From Knoellia sp. p5-6-4 (GTDB lineage Bacteria; Actinomycetota; Actinomycetes; Actinomycetales; Dermatophilaceae), in contig NZ_JARGZF010000001.1 in assembly GCF_029222705.1 (NCBI RefSeq), positions 88,437-120,436 on the forward strand: DNA of 32,000 bases, written 5' to 3'. Below, in pieces: positions 1-7,643 of this stretch. How positions within the stretch are numbered: the stretch's first letter is position 1; every line of letters starts with the position of its first letter. The translations under genes were made by a program, and so were the position numbers. The notes beneath the pieces were generated by a model, which saw only the letters and a program-made list of their open reading frames with translations, did not search any database and had not been told where the DNA came from.

Positions 1-398
1 TCCGGCGACAGCACCACGTCGGACGCGACAGTGGTCGTCAGCACCGGGCAGAGCTCGTGCTCGACCACGCCGAGCATCTCGGCGCGGTAGGAGAAGTCCG
101 GGAGCGCCAGGACGGTCGGGCCCACGTCGAGCCCCAGCTCGGCGGCCGCCCTGCGGCGAGCCGCTCCGTCCAGCGGCTCGCCCGGACCGGGGTGGCCGCA
201 CACGGAGTTGGTCCACACCCCCGGGAAGGTCGCCTTGGTGTCGGCCCTGCGCGTGAGGAGCAGCTCCCCCCCGGCGTTGAAGACGTAGAGCGAGAAGGCG
301 AGGTGCAGCGGCGTCTCCCCGTGGTGCACCCCGTCCTTGGGCACCACTCCGATGGCCCGCCCCTGCGCGTCGACCAGGACGACCAGCTCGCGGGTCAC
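1..398 (-). CDS. idi: Isopentenyl-diphosphate delta-isomerase, type 1 (C-terminal part runs off the left edge)
   Basis: Reverse translation from GTG at 398 gives [74 protein letters not shown]...VVEHELCPV. It carries the IDI-1 signatures [13 protein letters not shown] and E.E.CPV. It is absent from the ORF track because it is open at the window edge. The start overlaps the upstream stop as GTGA (395-398). Confidence 0.85.
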   Translation of the reverse strand, partial: MTRELVVLVDAQGRAIGVVPKDGVHHGETPLHLAFSLYVFNAGGELLLTRRADTKATFPGVWTNSVCGHPGPGEPLDGAARRRAAAELGLDVGPTVLALPDFSYRAEMLGVVEHELCPVLTTTVASDVVLSP

Positions 399-1450
399 CG
401 CACCCGTCCCAGCTCGGCCACGGCCGCGCGGAAGAGGCCCGGCACCGTTGCCGCAGAAGGCACGATGGCACGTCGCGCCCACCCGGCCCGGGTGAGCTGG
501 ACGATCGAACCGGTCAGCACGGCATACCGCCAGGTCACCCGACGCCACTCCCGCTCGTAGGACTCGGGCTGCTCCCGGCGCACGGCCTCGACCGCCGCTC
601 GCGCCTGGGCCAGCCCGAGCGAGATCCCTTCTCCCGTGAGGGCATCCACATAGCCGCTGGCATCACCGACCAGCAGGACCCGACCGCATGCCCGGCGCGA
701 CGCGCGCTGCCGCAACGGCCCCGCTCCGCGCACCGTGGTGGTGGCCTGCGCAGCCGACAGGCGCTCGCGCAGGCCGGCGAAACCGTCGAGCTGCTCCTCG
801 AACGGCGCTCGCGTCGCGCTGAGCACCGCGACCCCCACGAGGTCGTCGGCCACGGGGGTGACGTAGGCCTCGCCATGCGGCGCCCAGTGCACCTCGACGT
901 GGTCGCTCCACGGCCGCATGCCGTAGTGCCGTCGCTGTCCCCAGCGCTGCGGGCCTCCGGCGGCCACCTCGACGCCGAGGGCGCGCCGCATGGGTGAGTG
1001 CAACCCGTCCGCGGCAAGGACGTAGCGTCCCGTGAGACCGGCTCCCTGCGTGCCACCCGGTTCCCGGGTGCTGACGTGGACGGCTCCACCCTCCTGGACC
1101 AGGGCGGTCGCAGAACGCCCGACGACCTCGACGCCCGCCGCCTCGGCCGCCTCCCGCAGCGCACGGTGCAGCGTGGTCCGCCGCACCCCCCTGCCGCGGC
1201 CCGCGGCGAAGTCGGCGGTCGCCTGCCGGCCCCCACCGACGTAGCGGATGCCCTGCAGCTCGCGGCCGGGCGCGTCGACGCCGAGCGCCCCGAGGGCCAC
1301 CACCGCGCCCGGCATCAGACCTTCCCCGCAGGCCTTGTCCACCACGCCCGCACGCGGCTCGAGCACCGTCACCGACAGGCCGGCCCGCACGGCATACAGC
1401 GCGGCCGCAAGGCCGACCGGTCCCCCGCCCACCACCACGACGTCAGGCAC
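395..1450 (-). CDS. FAD-dependent oxidoreductase (geranylgeranyl-reductase / flavoprotein hydroxylase family), at the SrsC/AgqB position of the PKS operon
   Basis: 351-aa ORF with an N-terminal Rossmann motif [22 protein letters not shown], then DKACGEGL and [15 protein letters not shown]. The GTG start at 1450 overlaps the methyltransferase stop by 8 nt. Confidence 0.8.
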   Translation of the reverse strand: MPDVVVVGGGPVGLAAALYAVRAGLSVTVLEPRAGVVDKACGEGLMPGAVVALGALGVDAPGRELQGIRYVGGGRQATADFAAGRGRGVRRTTLHRALREAAEAAGVEVVGRSATALVQEGGAVHVSTREPGGTQGAGLTGRYVLAADGLHSPMRRALGVEVAAGGPQRWGQRRHYGMRPWSDHVEVHWAPHGEAYVTPVADDLVGVAVLSATRAPFEEQLDGFAGLRERLSAAQATTTVRGAGPLRQRASRRACGRVLLVGDASGYVDALTGEGISLGLAQARAAVEAVRREQPESYEREWRRVTWRYAVLTGSIVQLTRAGWARRAIVPSAATVPGLFRAAVAELGRVR

Positions 1451-1997
1451 CGGCCACCTCGCGCTCCGTGCCGGAGGCCCCGCGCAGCGCCTCGTCCTCG
1501 ACGCGGATCCGCACCCGCAGCAGCAGGGCGTTCAGCACCGTGAACACGGCCGCGGTGAGCCAGGCCGAGTGCACCAGGGGCAGCGCCAGGCCCTCGACGA
1601 CGACGGCGACGTAGTTCGGGTGCCGGAGCGCCCGGTAGGGACCGCCGCTCACGAGCGACAGCCCGGGCACGACGACCACCCTGGTGTTCCACTGGTGGCC
1701 CAGGGTGGCGATGCACCACCACCGCAAGGCCTGCGAGGCCAGCACGAGCGCGAGCATGGTGAGGCCCAGGACGGGCACGAACGGCCTGTCGAGGAGCCAG
1801 ACCTCCGCAACCGCGCCCACCAGCAGACCGGTGTGGAGCGCGACCATGAACGGGTAGTGACCGCGACCGTACTCGACGCCCCCGCGCGAGAATGCCCACG
1901 CCGCATGCCTCTTCGAGACGACGAGCTCGGCGAGGCGCTCGAGCCCCACCGCCACCACCAGGGCCGTGAAGAGCACCTCAGACATGACGTCCGTCAT
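1443..1997 (-). CDS. Membrane methyltransferase, ICMT/PEMT-like (SrsB/AgqC-like)
   Basis: This is the C-terminal 184 aa of track ORF 1443..2657, starting at ATG 1997 (MTDVMSEVLFTALVVAVGLERL...). It has several hydrophobic helices and the motif GPYRALRHPNYVAVVVEGLALPLV typical of isoprenylcysteine-carboxyl-methyltransferase-like enzymes. The upstream part of the long ORF is Arg/Gly junk overlapping the PKS gene. Confidence 0.75.
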   Translation of the reverse strand: MTDVMSEVLFTALVVAVGLERLAELVVSKRHAAWAFSRGGVEYGRGHYPFMVALHTGLLVGAVAEVWLLDRPFVPVLGLTMLALVLASQALRWWCIATLGHQWNTRVVVVPGLSLVSGGPYRALRHPNYVAVVVEGLALPLVHSAWLTAAVFTVLNALLLRVRIRVEDEALRGASGTEREVAGA

Positions 1998-2002
1998 GGC
2001 CG

Positions 2003-3070
2003 TCAGGCTGCCCTGGCGCGGAGCAGCACCAGCTCCAGGCAGAAGCCCGGGCCCATCGCGAGCAGCACGCCGTGCGAGTCGGGGGCGGGTGGTCGCTCGC
2101 GAAGGGTGTCTGCGAGCACGTGGAGCACCGAGGCCGAGGAGAGGTTGCCGATGCGGTCCAGCGACCGCCACGTCACGCCGAGCGCCTCCCGTGCGACGCC
2201 GAGGGCCTCCTCCATGGCCTCGAGCACCTTCGGCCCGCCCGGGTGGGCGACCCACCAGCCGACGTCCTCCAGGCCCAGGCCGTGGTCGGCGAGGAAGCGC
2301 ACGACGTCGTCGCCGACGTTGGCCCGCACCAGGTCGGGCACCTCGACCCCGAGGACGATCCGCAGCCCCGAGGCGCCGACGTCCCAGCCCATGGCCCCCT
2401 CGCTGTCCGGGTAGAGCCTGCTGCGAGTGGCGACGACCTCGGGCAGGAGCGTGGCCTCCCGACGGGACTCTCCGACCATCACCACCGCGGCTGCCCCGTC
2501 GCCGAAGAGACCGCTCGCGACGAGGTTCGCCATCGAGGTGTCGTCCCGCTGCACCGTGAGGCTGCAGAGCTCGACCGAGAGCAGCACGGCGATGTCGTCC
2601 GGGTGGCCGCGCAGGTGGTCGTGCACGCGCGCGACGCCCGCGGCACCGGCCACGCACCCCAGGCCCACCAGGGGCACCCGCTTGACGTCCTCGCGCAGCC
2701 CGATCCGGGCCGCCACCCTCGCCTCCAGCGACGGCACGGCCAGCCCGGTGATCGTGGTGGACACGATGAGGTCGACGTCGGCAGGCACCAATCCCGCGTC
2801 GGCGAGCGCCTTCTCGACGGCCTGCGACCCGAGTTCGACTGCCACGCGGATGAACTCGTCGTTGGCCTCACCGAAGTCGGCCAGCGCGGCATACCGGTCG
2901 AGCGGCAACGCGAGGTGACGGTGGCTGACGCCGGCGTTGGCGTGCAGCCTCTCGAGCAGGGCACGGTTGACGCCGCGCGAGCCGAGGACGTCGGCGAAGG
3001 CCTTCGTGACCTCGGACTGGCGGTAGCGGTGGTCCGGCAGGGTCCCGGCGACTGCGGCGAGGTGGCTCAC
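2003..3070 (-). CDS. Type III polyketide synthase (chalcone/stilbene-synthase family)
   Basis: 355 aa. It has a catalytic Cys in [13 protein letters not shown], His in [14 protein letters not shown] and Asn in [13 protein letters not shown]. The N-terminus ([16 protein letters not shown]) is typical of bacterial type III PKS. Confidence 0.9.
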   Translation of the reverse strand: MSHLAAVAGTLPDHRYRQSEVTKAFADVLGSRGVNRALLERLHANAGVSHRHLALPLDRYAALADFGEANDEFIRVAVELGSQAVEKALADAGLVPADVDLIVSTTITGLAVPSLEARVAARIGLREDVKRVPLVGLGCVAGAAGVARVHDHLRGHPDDIAVLLSVELCSLTVQRDDTSMANLVASGLFGDGAAAVVMVGESRREATLLPEVVATRSRLYPDSEGAMGWDVGASGLRIVLGVEVPDLVRANVGDDVVRFLADHGLGLEDVGWWVAHPGGPKVLEAMEEALGVAREALGVTWRSLDRIGNLSSASVLHVLADTLRERPPAPDSHGVLLAMGPGFCLELVLLRARAA

Positions 3071-3172
3071 CCGGCAACCCTAGGCACAGCAGGCCCCCTT
3101 GCGCGGCCTGGACGCCGTACTCCACGTCGCCGACCACCCGTCACCGCGCGCCCTTCGCCGTACGCTCGCCCC

Positions 3173-4000
3173 GTGCGCAGCCTCCTCCCCGGCCTTCCGC
3201 CGGTGCTCCCCTCACTGGCGCGAGCCTGCCATCCGGGGCCGACCGTCGCCGTGACGACGCTGACCGCGCTGCTGGCCGCAGGGTCCGGCCACGGCCTGGG
3301 CACCGGCGCGCTGGTCACGGCCGCCGTCGGCACCGGGCAGCTCACGATCGGCTGGTCCAACGACCTCGTCGACGCCGGCCGCGACCGGGTCGTCGGACGG
3401 CTGGACAAGCCGGTCGCCCGTGGAGAGGTGCCGGAGGCGGTGGTGCGCCTCGCCGTCGGCGTGGCCGGGTTCCTGTGCGTGACGCTGTCCCTGGCGTGTG
3501 GTGCGGCCGCCGCCGCCGTGCACCTGCTGCTCGGCGTCGCCTCCGGCTGGGCCTACAACCTCGGCCTGAAGCGCACCGCCTGGTCGGCGGTGCCGTATGC
3601 CGTGGCGTTCGGCGCCCTGCCCGCCGTCGTCACCCTGGCCCTCCCCGCCCCCAGCTGGCCCGCTCCCTGGGTGGTCGCTGCGGGTGCGCTGCTCGGCGTG
3701 GGTGCCCACCTGCTCAACGCCCTGCCGGACCTCGCCGACGACGAGCAGACGGGTGTGCGCGGGCTGCCGCACCGCCTCGGGGCGCGCGTGGTGCGCCGCC
3801 TGGCGCCCACCGTGCTGACCGTGGCCTCGGCTGTCGCCCTGCTCGGTCCGCCGGGCCCCCCGTCTCCCTGGGCGTGGGCGGTCTTCGCGATGTGCCTGCT
3901 CCTGGCGGCGGTCGCGGTCGTGGGACGCGGCCGGACCCCGTTCGTGGCGGCGGTGGGCATCGCCGCACTCGACGTCGCTGCCCTGGTGACGGGCGCCTGA
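3173..4000 (+). CDS. UbiA-family aromatic prenyltransferase (AgqD-like)
   Basis: In-frame GTG at 3173 inside track ORF 2072..4000; upstream of it the ORF is a shadow of the PKS gene. It is polytopic and hydrophobic, with Asp-rich motifs WSNDLVDAGRDR and NALPDLADDEQTG. Confidence 0.8.
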   Translation: MRSLLPGLPPVLPSLARACHPGPTVAVTTLTALLAAGSGHGLGTGALVTAAVGTGQLTIGWSNDLVDAGRDRVVGRLDKPVARGEVPEAVVRLAVGVAGFLCVTLSLACGAAAAAVHLLLGVASGWAYNLGLKRTAWSAVPYAVAFGALPAVVTLALPAPSWPAPWVVAAGALLGVGAHLLNALPDLADDEQTGVRGLPHRLGARVVRRLAPTVLTVASAVALLGPPGPPSPWAWAVFAMCLLLAAVAVVGRGRTPFVAAVGIAALDVAALVTGA

Positions 4001-4277
4001 GCCGCGCGGTGGCCCCGTCGAGACGGTCGGCCAGGTGGGCAGTGGCTCCCTAGTCCCGATGTACTAGACCGGCTCGCCGCTCACGCGGACCGCGCCTGGT
4101 CAGGTCGTGGTCACATCGGCGCAGGCCAACTCCCCGTCGAACCGGCACGGTGACACGCCCTCGTCCGTCTGCCCACAGGCGCCGGTGCGTGGAGCCGTCC
4201 GTCCACAGGACTGGTTGTGGAGAACACCCGCCCTCGCCCCGGGCCGGGGGCCACCCGCCTCCAGCAGCGCCAGTGCA

Positions 4278-4295
4278 CCGGTGACTAGTCACCGG
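4278..4295. terminator. Perfect 18-bp palindrome CCGGTGACTAGTCACCGG (hairpin or operator)
   Basis: Self-complementary by inspection. It lies 9 nt downstream of the stop of the minus-strand gene 4305..4976. No U-tract. Confidence 0.35.
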
Positions 4296-4304
4296 GTCCG
4301 CACG

Positions 4305-4976
4305 TCAGAAGTCGCCGCCGCCGAAGTCCCCGCCGAAGTCTCCGAAACCCCCACCACCGAAGTCGCCACCCGCATAGTCGGCGCCACCGGCTTCCGCACT
4401 GCCGGTGTCTGACGTGCTGGTGTCGGCTGTGCCCGTGTCCGCGCCGCCGGTGTCGCCGGCCTCGGCCGCCTCCGGCGAGTCTGCGTACCCGTCGAAGAGC
4501 GCATCCGCGAGGGCCGAGCCGATCACCACGCCGGCGATGGTTCCCATCATCGAGCCCACGATGCTGCCACCCATACCCATACCCGTGCCCCCGGCGCTGC
4601 CACCGAAGCGTCCCCGGCTGAAGGCGTGCTCGAGGTAGCCGGGCCGTCGCAGCTCGGCACGTGTCGCGGAGCGGGCGAGGGACTGTGGGTCCGCACCGGG
4701 TGGCCGCTCCCCCGCCGGCAGGTCCCGGCTGAGCTCGGCGAGCACCTGGCTGCGTTGTTCGGGCGTGAGCCGTGCGAAGGCCTCCGCGTGCACCTGTTCG
4801 AGCGCCTCGGGCGGGGCGGTGCGCAGCAGGTACCGGTAGCGGGCGACGGCTCGTTCGTCAGGGCCGGCTGCTGGGCGCAGCCCCCCGTCCGGCACGGAAT
4901 GATCCGGCGGCGGCGGTGCGTACGGCGGTTGCTGCGTCCTCGGCTCACGGCCGAGCAGCCGGTCCAGGAACCCCAT
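4305..4976 (-). CDS. Hypothetical protein with a glycine-zipper segment and an acidic GGDF-repeat tail
   Basis: ATG at 4976 is preceded by GGAGGTCACC (Shine-Dalgarno, SD). Sequence runs MGFLDRLLGR...ARYRYLLRTAPPEALEQVHAEAFARLTPEQRSQVL...GMGMGGSIVGSMMGTIAGVVIGSALA...GGDFGGGGFGDFGGDFGGGDF. GC3 is high. No family was recognised. Confidence 0.65.
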   Translation of the reverse strand: MGFLDRLLGREPRTQQPPYAPPPPDHSVPDGGLRPAAGPDERAVARYRYLLRTAPPEALEQVHAEAFARLTPEQRSQVLAELSRDLPAGERPPGADPQSLARSATRAELRRPGYLEHAFSRGRFGGSAGGTGMGMGGSIVGSMMGTIAGVVIGSALADALFDGYADSPEAAEAGDTGGADTGTADTSTSDTGSAEAGGADYAGGDFGGGGFGDFGGDFGGGDF

Positions 4977-5103
4977 GGTGACCTCCACCCTCGGGCCGAC
5001 CCCGTGGGCCGGCTGGTTCCACCCTGCAGCAGCCCGAGGCGGGCGGCAACGCAGACGACGTCCATCGAGCCCCTGCCCGCCGGCTCAGGACCCGGCGCTC
5101 GGG

Positions 5104-5121
5104 GCTCAGGCTCAGGCTCAG
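5104..5121. repeat. Hexanucleotide tandem repeat (GCTCAG)x3, equal to (TGAGCC)x3 on the coding strand at the gene end
   Basis: Direct reading of 5104-5121. The first TGA on the minus strand is the stop of CDS 5118..6005. Confidence 0.8.
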
Positions 5122-6005
5122 GGCCCCAGCACGGCCCACACGAACTTGCCTCCATCGACAGTGGGAAGTGCGCCCGACCCCCGAGCCAGTGCCTGCACCA
5201 CGCGCAGGCCGCGCCCCGCGGGGGCATCCGGCGCCGTCAGGCGGGTCACCGGGGGCGCGGGGTTGCGGTCACGCACGCCCACCCGCAGACGGGCCCCGTC
5301 CCCGGCCAGGAAGACGTCGATGTCGGTGTTGGCGTGCTGGATCGCGTTCGTGACCAGCTCGCTCACGACCAGGGGGCCCGATGCGAGGTGCTGGTTGAGA
5401 CTCCAGTCGAGGCAGCACCGGATCAGGAAGCGGCGCGCGTTGCGCGCCGCCATCGCTCCCGGACTCAGCCGCAGGTGGGCGCTGCGTGGCGCACGACGGC
5501 TCATCACCTGGGTCCAGCCGTGCAGCATCGAGGAGGCGTAGCTCAGGTGGTCAGCACCCTCACGTCCCGCGAAGTGCGTTGGGGCACCGACGTCACGGCA
5601 GGCGAACACCACCGGCACGGCCGGCCAGTCGGCGACGTGCCGACCGGCTGACGCCAGCACGTCCAGCGCCTCGTCGGAGGTGCCCGCCAGGGGTCCGGTG
5701 AAGCTGCAGACAACGCCGCGGGGGCACTCGGCGAGGGCGAGCTGGATGCTGTGGTCGACGTCGTCGGCCGTGTCGTCGTAGGGAGGCTCGACCTCGATCA
5801 GCCACACGCCCCGCAGCGGGTAGGCGGAGACCCGCCCGGTGGCGCCCATCGGCGCCGGCGCCGACCAGTTCGCGCCTGCCCACGACCCTCGCTCCGCACC
5901 CTTCCCGGAGCCCCCGCGCGCTCCCCGGACAGCCGGACGCCGTGCGCGTCTGCGCGGGGTGGCGCCGGAACCCGCGGCGCCTGCCGAGCGTGTAGGACCA
6001 GACAT
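5118..6005 (-). CDS. Fusion protein: N-terminal STAS-like (anti-sigma antagonist-like) domain plus C-terminal RsbW-type HATPase_c serine kinase domain (paralog 1)
   Basis: 295 aa. The N-terminal half (VWLIEVEPPYDD..DVDHSIQLALAECPRGVVCSF...PVVFACRD) has a STAS-like alternation pattern. The C-terminal half has RRFLIRCCLDW...LVVSELVTNAIQHA...LRVGVRDRNP...GRGLRVVQALA, an anti-sigma kinase fold. SD GGGAG lies 8 nt upstream of ATG 6005. It is alignable along its length with the protein at 24173..24994. Confidence 0.75.
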   Translation of the reverse strand: MSGPTRSAGAAGSGATPRRRARRPAVRGARGGSGKGAERGSWAGANWSAPAPMGATGRVSAYPLRGVWLIEVEPPYDDTADDVDHSIQLALAECPRGVVCSFTGPLAGTSDEALDVLASAGRHVADWPAVPVVFACRDVGAPTHFAGREGADHLSYASSMLHGWTQVMSRRAPRSAHLRLSPGAMAARNARRFLIRCCLDWSLNQHLASGPLVVSELVTNAIQHANTDIDVFLAGDGARLRVGVRDRNPAPPVTRLTAPDAPAGRGLRVVQALARGSGALPTVDGGKFVWAVLGP

Positions 6006-6306
6006 CGCAGGCTCCCTGTGTGCCAGCCAGACCGGCGGGCTGGCAGCCCGACATCCCCCTGCGACGCGGTCGCCGACGTCGAACTGCTCGGTGCAACGCT
6101 ACGCCGTCGGTCCTGCGGAGACTAGGGCGAGCAGCGGGGCCGAGATCAGGCCCCACCTGTCGAGCTCTCGTGGCAGCCGACTGGGGCGCCTGTACTAGGA
6201 CATCCACCGCTGACGGCTCCACCACATGGCACGAATGTCCTACGGCCGCAGGCTGTTTGGGCCGGGTCTCACTCTCCCTACCGTCAAGGCCCTGGGCTGG
6301 TCGCGC

Positions 6307-6337
6307 CCTCGTCCCGCTCCCGCGGGAGCGCACGAGG
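6307..6337. promoter_or_regulatory. 31-bp imperfect palindrome in the leader of the secreted HExxH protein gene
   Basis: CCTCGT cc CGCTCCCG|CGGGAGCG c ACGAGG. The core 16-mer (6315-6330) is a perfect palindrome. It ends 22 nt before ATG 6360, just upstream of the SD. Confidence 0.35.
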
Positions 6338-6359
6338 TCGCCGCGCCGGAGGGGGGACC

Positions 6360-7151
6360 ATGGCGTCGAAGATGCTGGTCGTGAGCCTGACGGGCGCCGC
6401 GGTCGCCGTCATGTGGGCTTCGTCCGCCGCGGGCGGGACGGGCACCCCACCGGCGGTGGGGACAGCCGCCAGCCCGAGCCGACCTCCTGACGTGAGCCGC
6501 ACGCCCACCGCCACCTCGGCCGAGAAGGACCTGGTCCGGCCCCGTTCCACGTCGGCCCGGCCCACGTCGACGACATCGACCGGCCGGCCGGCCCGGCCCA
6601 CGGCCCTCGTCCCCTCGAGCACGACGAAGAAGACACCCCCGGCCACCCGTCCCGGCGGCACGAGGACGCCGCCCCCACCGACCAAGGCGAAGCCGAGGCC
6701 CGCACCGCCACCCGCACCGCCACCCGCACCGCCGAGGCGGTCGAGCGGACCCACCGGCTGGCCGGCGCTCGATGCCGCGATCGCCCGCATCCCCGGCTAC
6801 TCCGCGGGCGGCATCCGGTGGAGCGTCACCTCACGCTACGGCCACTGGGGGGCAACGGATCTGGCGACGAGCGAGATCTTCATCTCCCCCGCTGTCAGCC
6901 CAGGCCTGCTCGACTCGGTGGTGCGCCACGAGTACGCCCACGTCGTCACCGTCCGCGCCTACGGTGGTGACTGGCGAGCCGCGAAGAGCGCCACGAACGC
7001 TGCCTTCGGCGGGTCGGGCCGCACCGGTGTCGAGCTCGCAGCGGACTGCATGGCCAGGGCGATGGGGGCCTCGTGGACGCAGTACACCTCCTGCGCTCGG
7101 CAGGACTGGCAGCAGCTCTCCGCCCGGCTGCTGTCGGGCAGGCGCCTGTAG
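6360..7151 (+). CDS. Secreted protein: signal peptide, Pro/Thr/Ser-rich linker, C-terminal HExxH (putative zinc metallopeptidase-like) domain
   Basis: SD GGAGGGGGG precedes ATG 6360. The N-terminus MASKMLVVSLTGAAVAVMWASSAAG is signal-like, followed by a long PT-rich region (PPPTKAKPRPAPPPAPPPAPP). The C-terminal domain contains VVRHEYAHVV (HExxH). Confidence 0.7.
   Translation: MASKMLVVSLTGAAVAVMWASSAAGGTGTPPAVGTAASPSRPPDVSRTPTATSAEKDLVRPRSTSARPTSTTSTGRPARPTALVPSSTTKKTPPATRPGGTRTPPPPTKAKPRPAPPPAPPPAPPRRSSGPTGWPALDAAIARIPGYSAGGIRWSVTSRYGHWGATDLATSEIFISPAVSPGLLDSVVRHEYAHVVTVRAYGGDWRAAKSATNAAFGGSGRTGVELAADCMARAMGASWTQYTSCARQDWQQLSARLLSGRRL
6701..6733 (+). repeat. 12-bp tandem repeat (CGCACCGCCACC x 2.75) encoding APPP repeats
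   Basis: Direct reading: cgcaccgccacc cgcaccgccacc cgcaccgcc, inside the linker of CDS 6360..7151. Confidence 0.8.
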
Positions 7152-7193
7152 CGGCGCCGGCAGACCAGCCGGCAGTGGCGGGTGCAGTCCCGG

Positions 7194-7409
7194 TCAGGGC
7201 CCGTCCCCGGTGGCGCCGGACTCCTCGCCGGTGGAGCGGGACCGCTCCTCGCCGGTGGGTGCGGGGCTCACCCCGAGCAGGCTGTCGACCTGTTGCTGGC
7301 TCAGCACGGAGGGCGCCTCGCTGGCCCCGTCGATGACGTCGGCGAGCAGCTCGATCTCGGACCCGAGGTCCTGGTCGGTCAGCTCGGGGTCCACCGGCAT
7401 CGTCACCAT
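7194..7409 (-). CDS. Small acidic hypothetical protein (71 aa)
   Basis: MVTMPVDPELTDQDLGSEIELLADVIDGASEAPSVLSQQQVDSLLGV... GC3 is very high throughout, consistent with real coding. No recognisable family. Confidence 0.5.
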   Translation of the reverse strand: MVTMPVDPELTDQDLGSEIELLADVIDGASEAPSVLSQQQVDSLLGVSPAPTGEERSRSTGEESGATGDGP

Positions 7410-7643
7410 GCCCGCTCAACGCACGGTCGCGCGCCCCGGTTACGGGGACGGACCCACTTTCGCGCGCAGGGCAGCGCAGTTCACCCGAACGGCTGACCCC
7501 GGCCTCGTCGTTTCAGGTGAGGTGCCACCGAGCCCACCCGGCAATCCCCTCGTTCCACGCTTGACCGGTGCAGGTGCTGCCAGGCCGGTGGAGGGGACCT
7601 TCCTCCCTGTCGCGGGGCCCCTCGCCCGGCGCACCGTGAAGGG

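Noticed and set aside
57-560. A 167-aa plus-strand ORF at the left edge.
   Set aside because: The opposite strand encodes an unmistakable type 1 IPP isomerase (1-398) and the end of the FAD oxidoreductase.
1998-2657. N-terminal extensions of track ORFs: 1443..2657, 15319..16302, 17848..19935, 19155..20213, 20000..21241, 28463..29833 and 30883..31938.
   Set aside because: The extensions overlap the preceding gene and are Arg-rich. Internal ATG/GTG starts give proteins of normal family length, often with an SD or an ATGA/GTGA coupling to the upstream stop.
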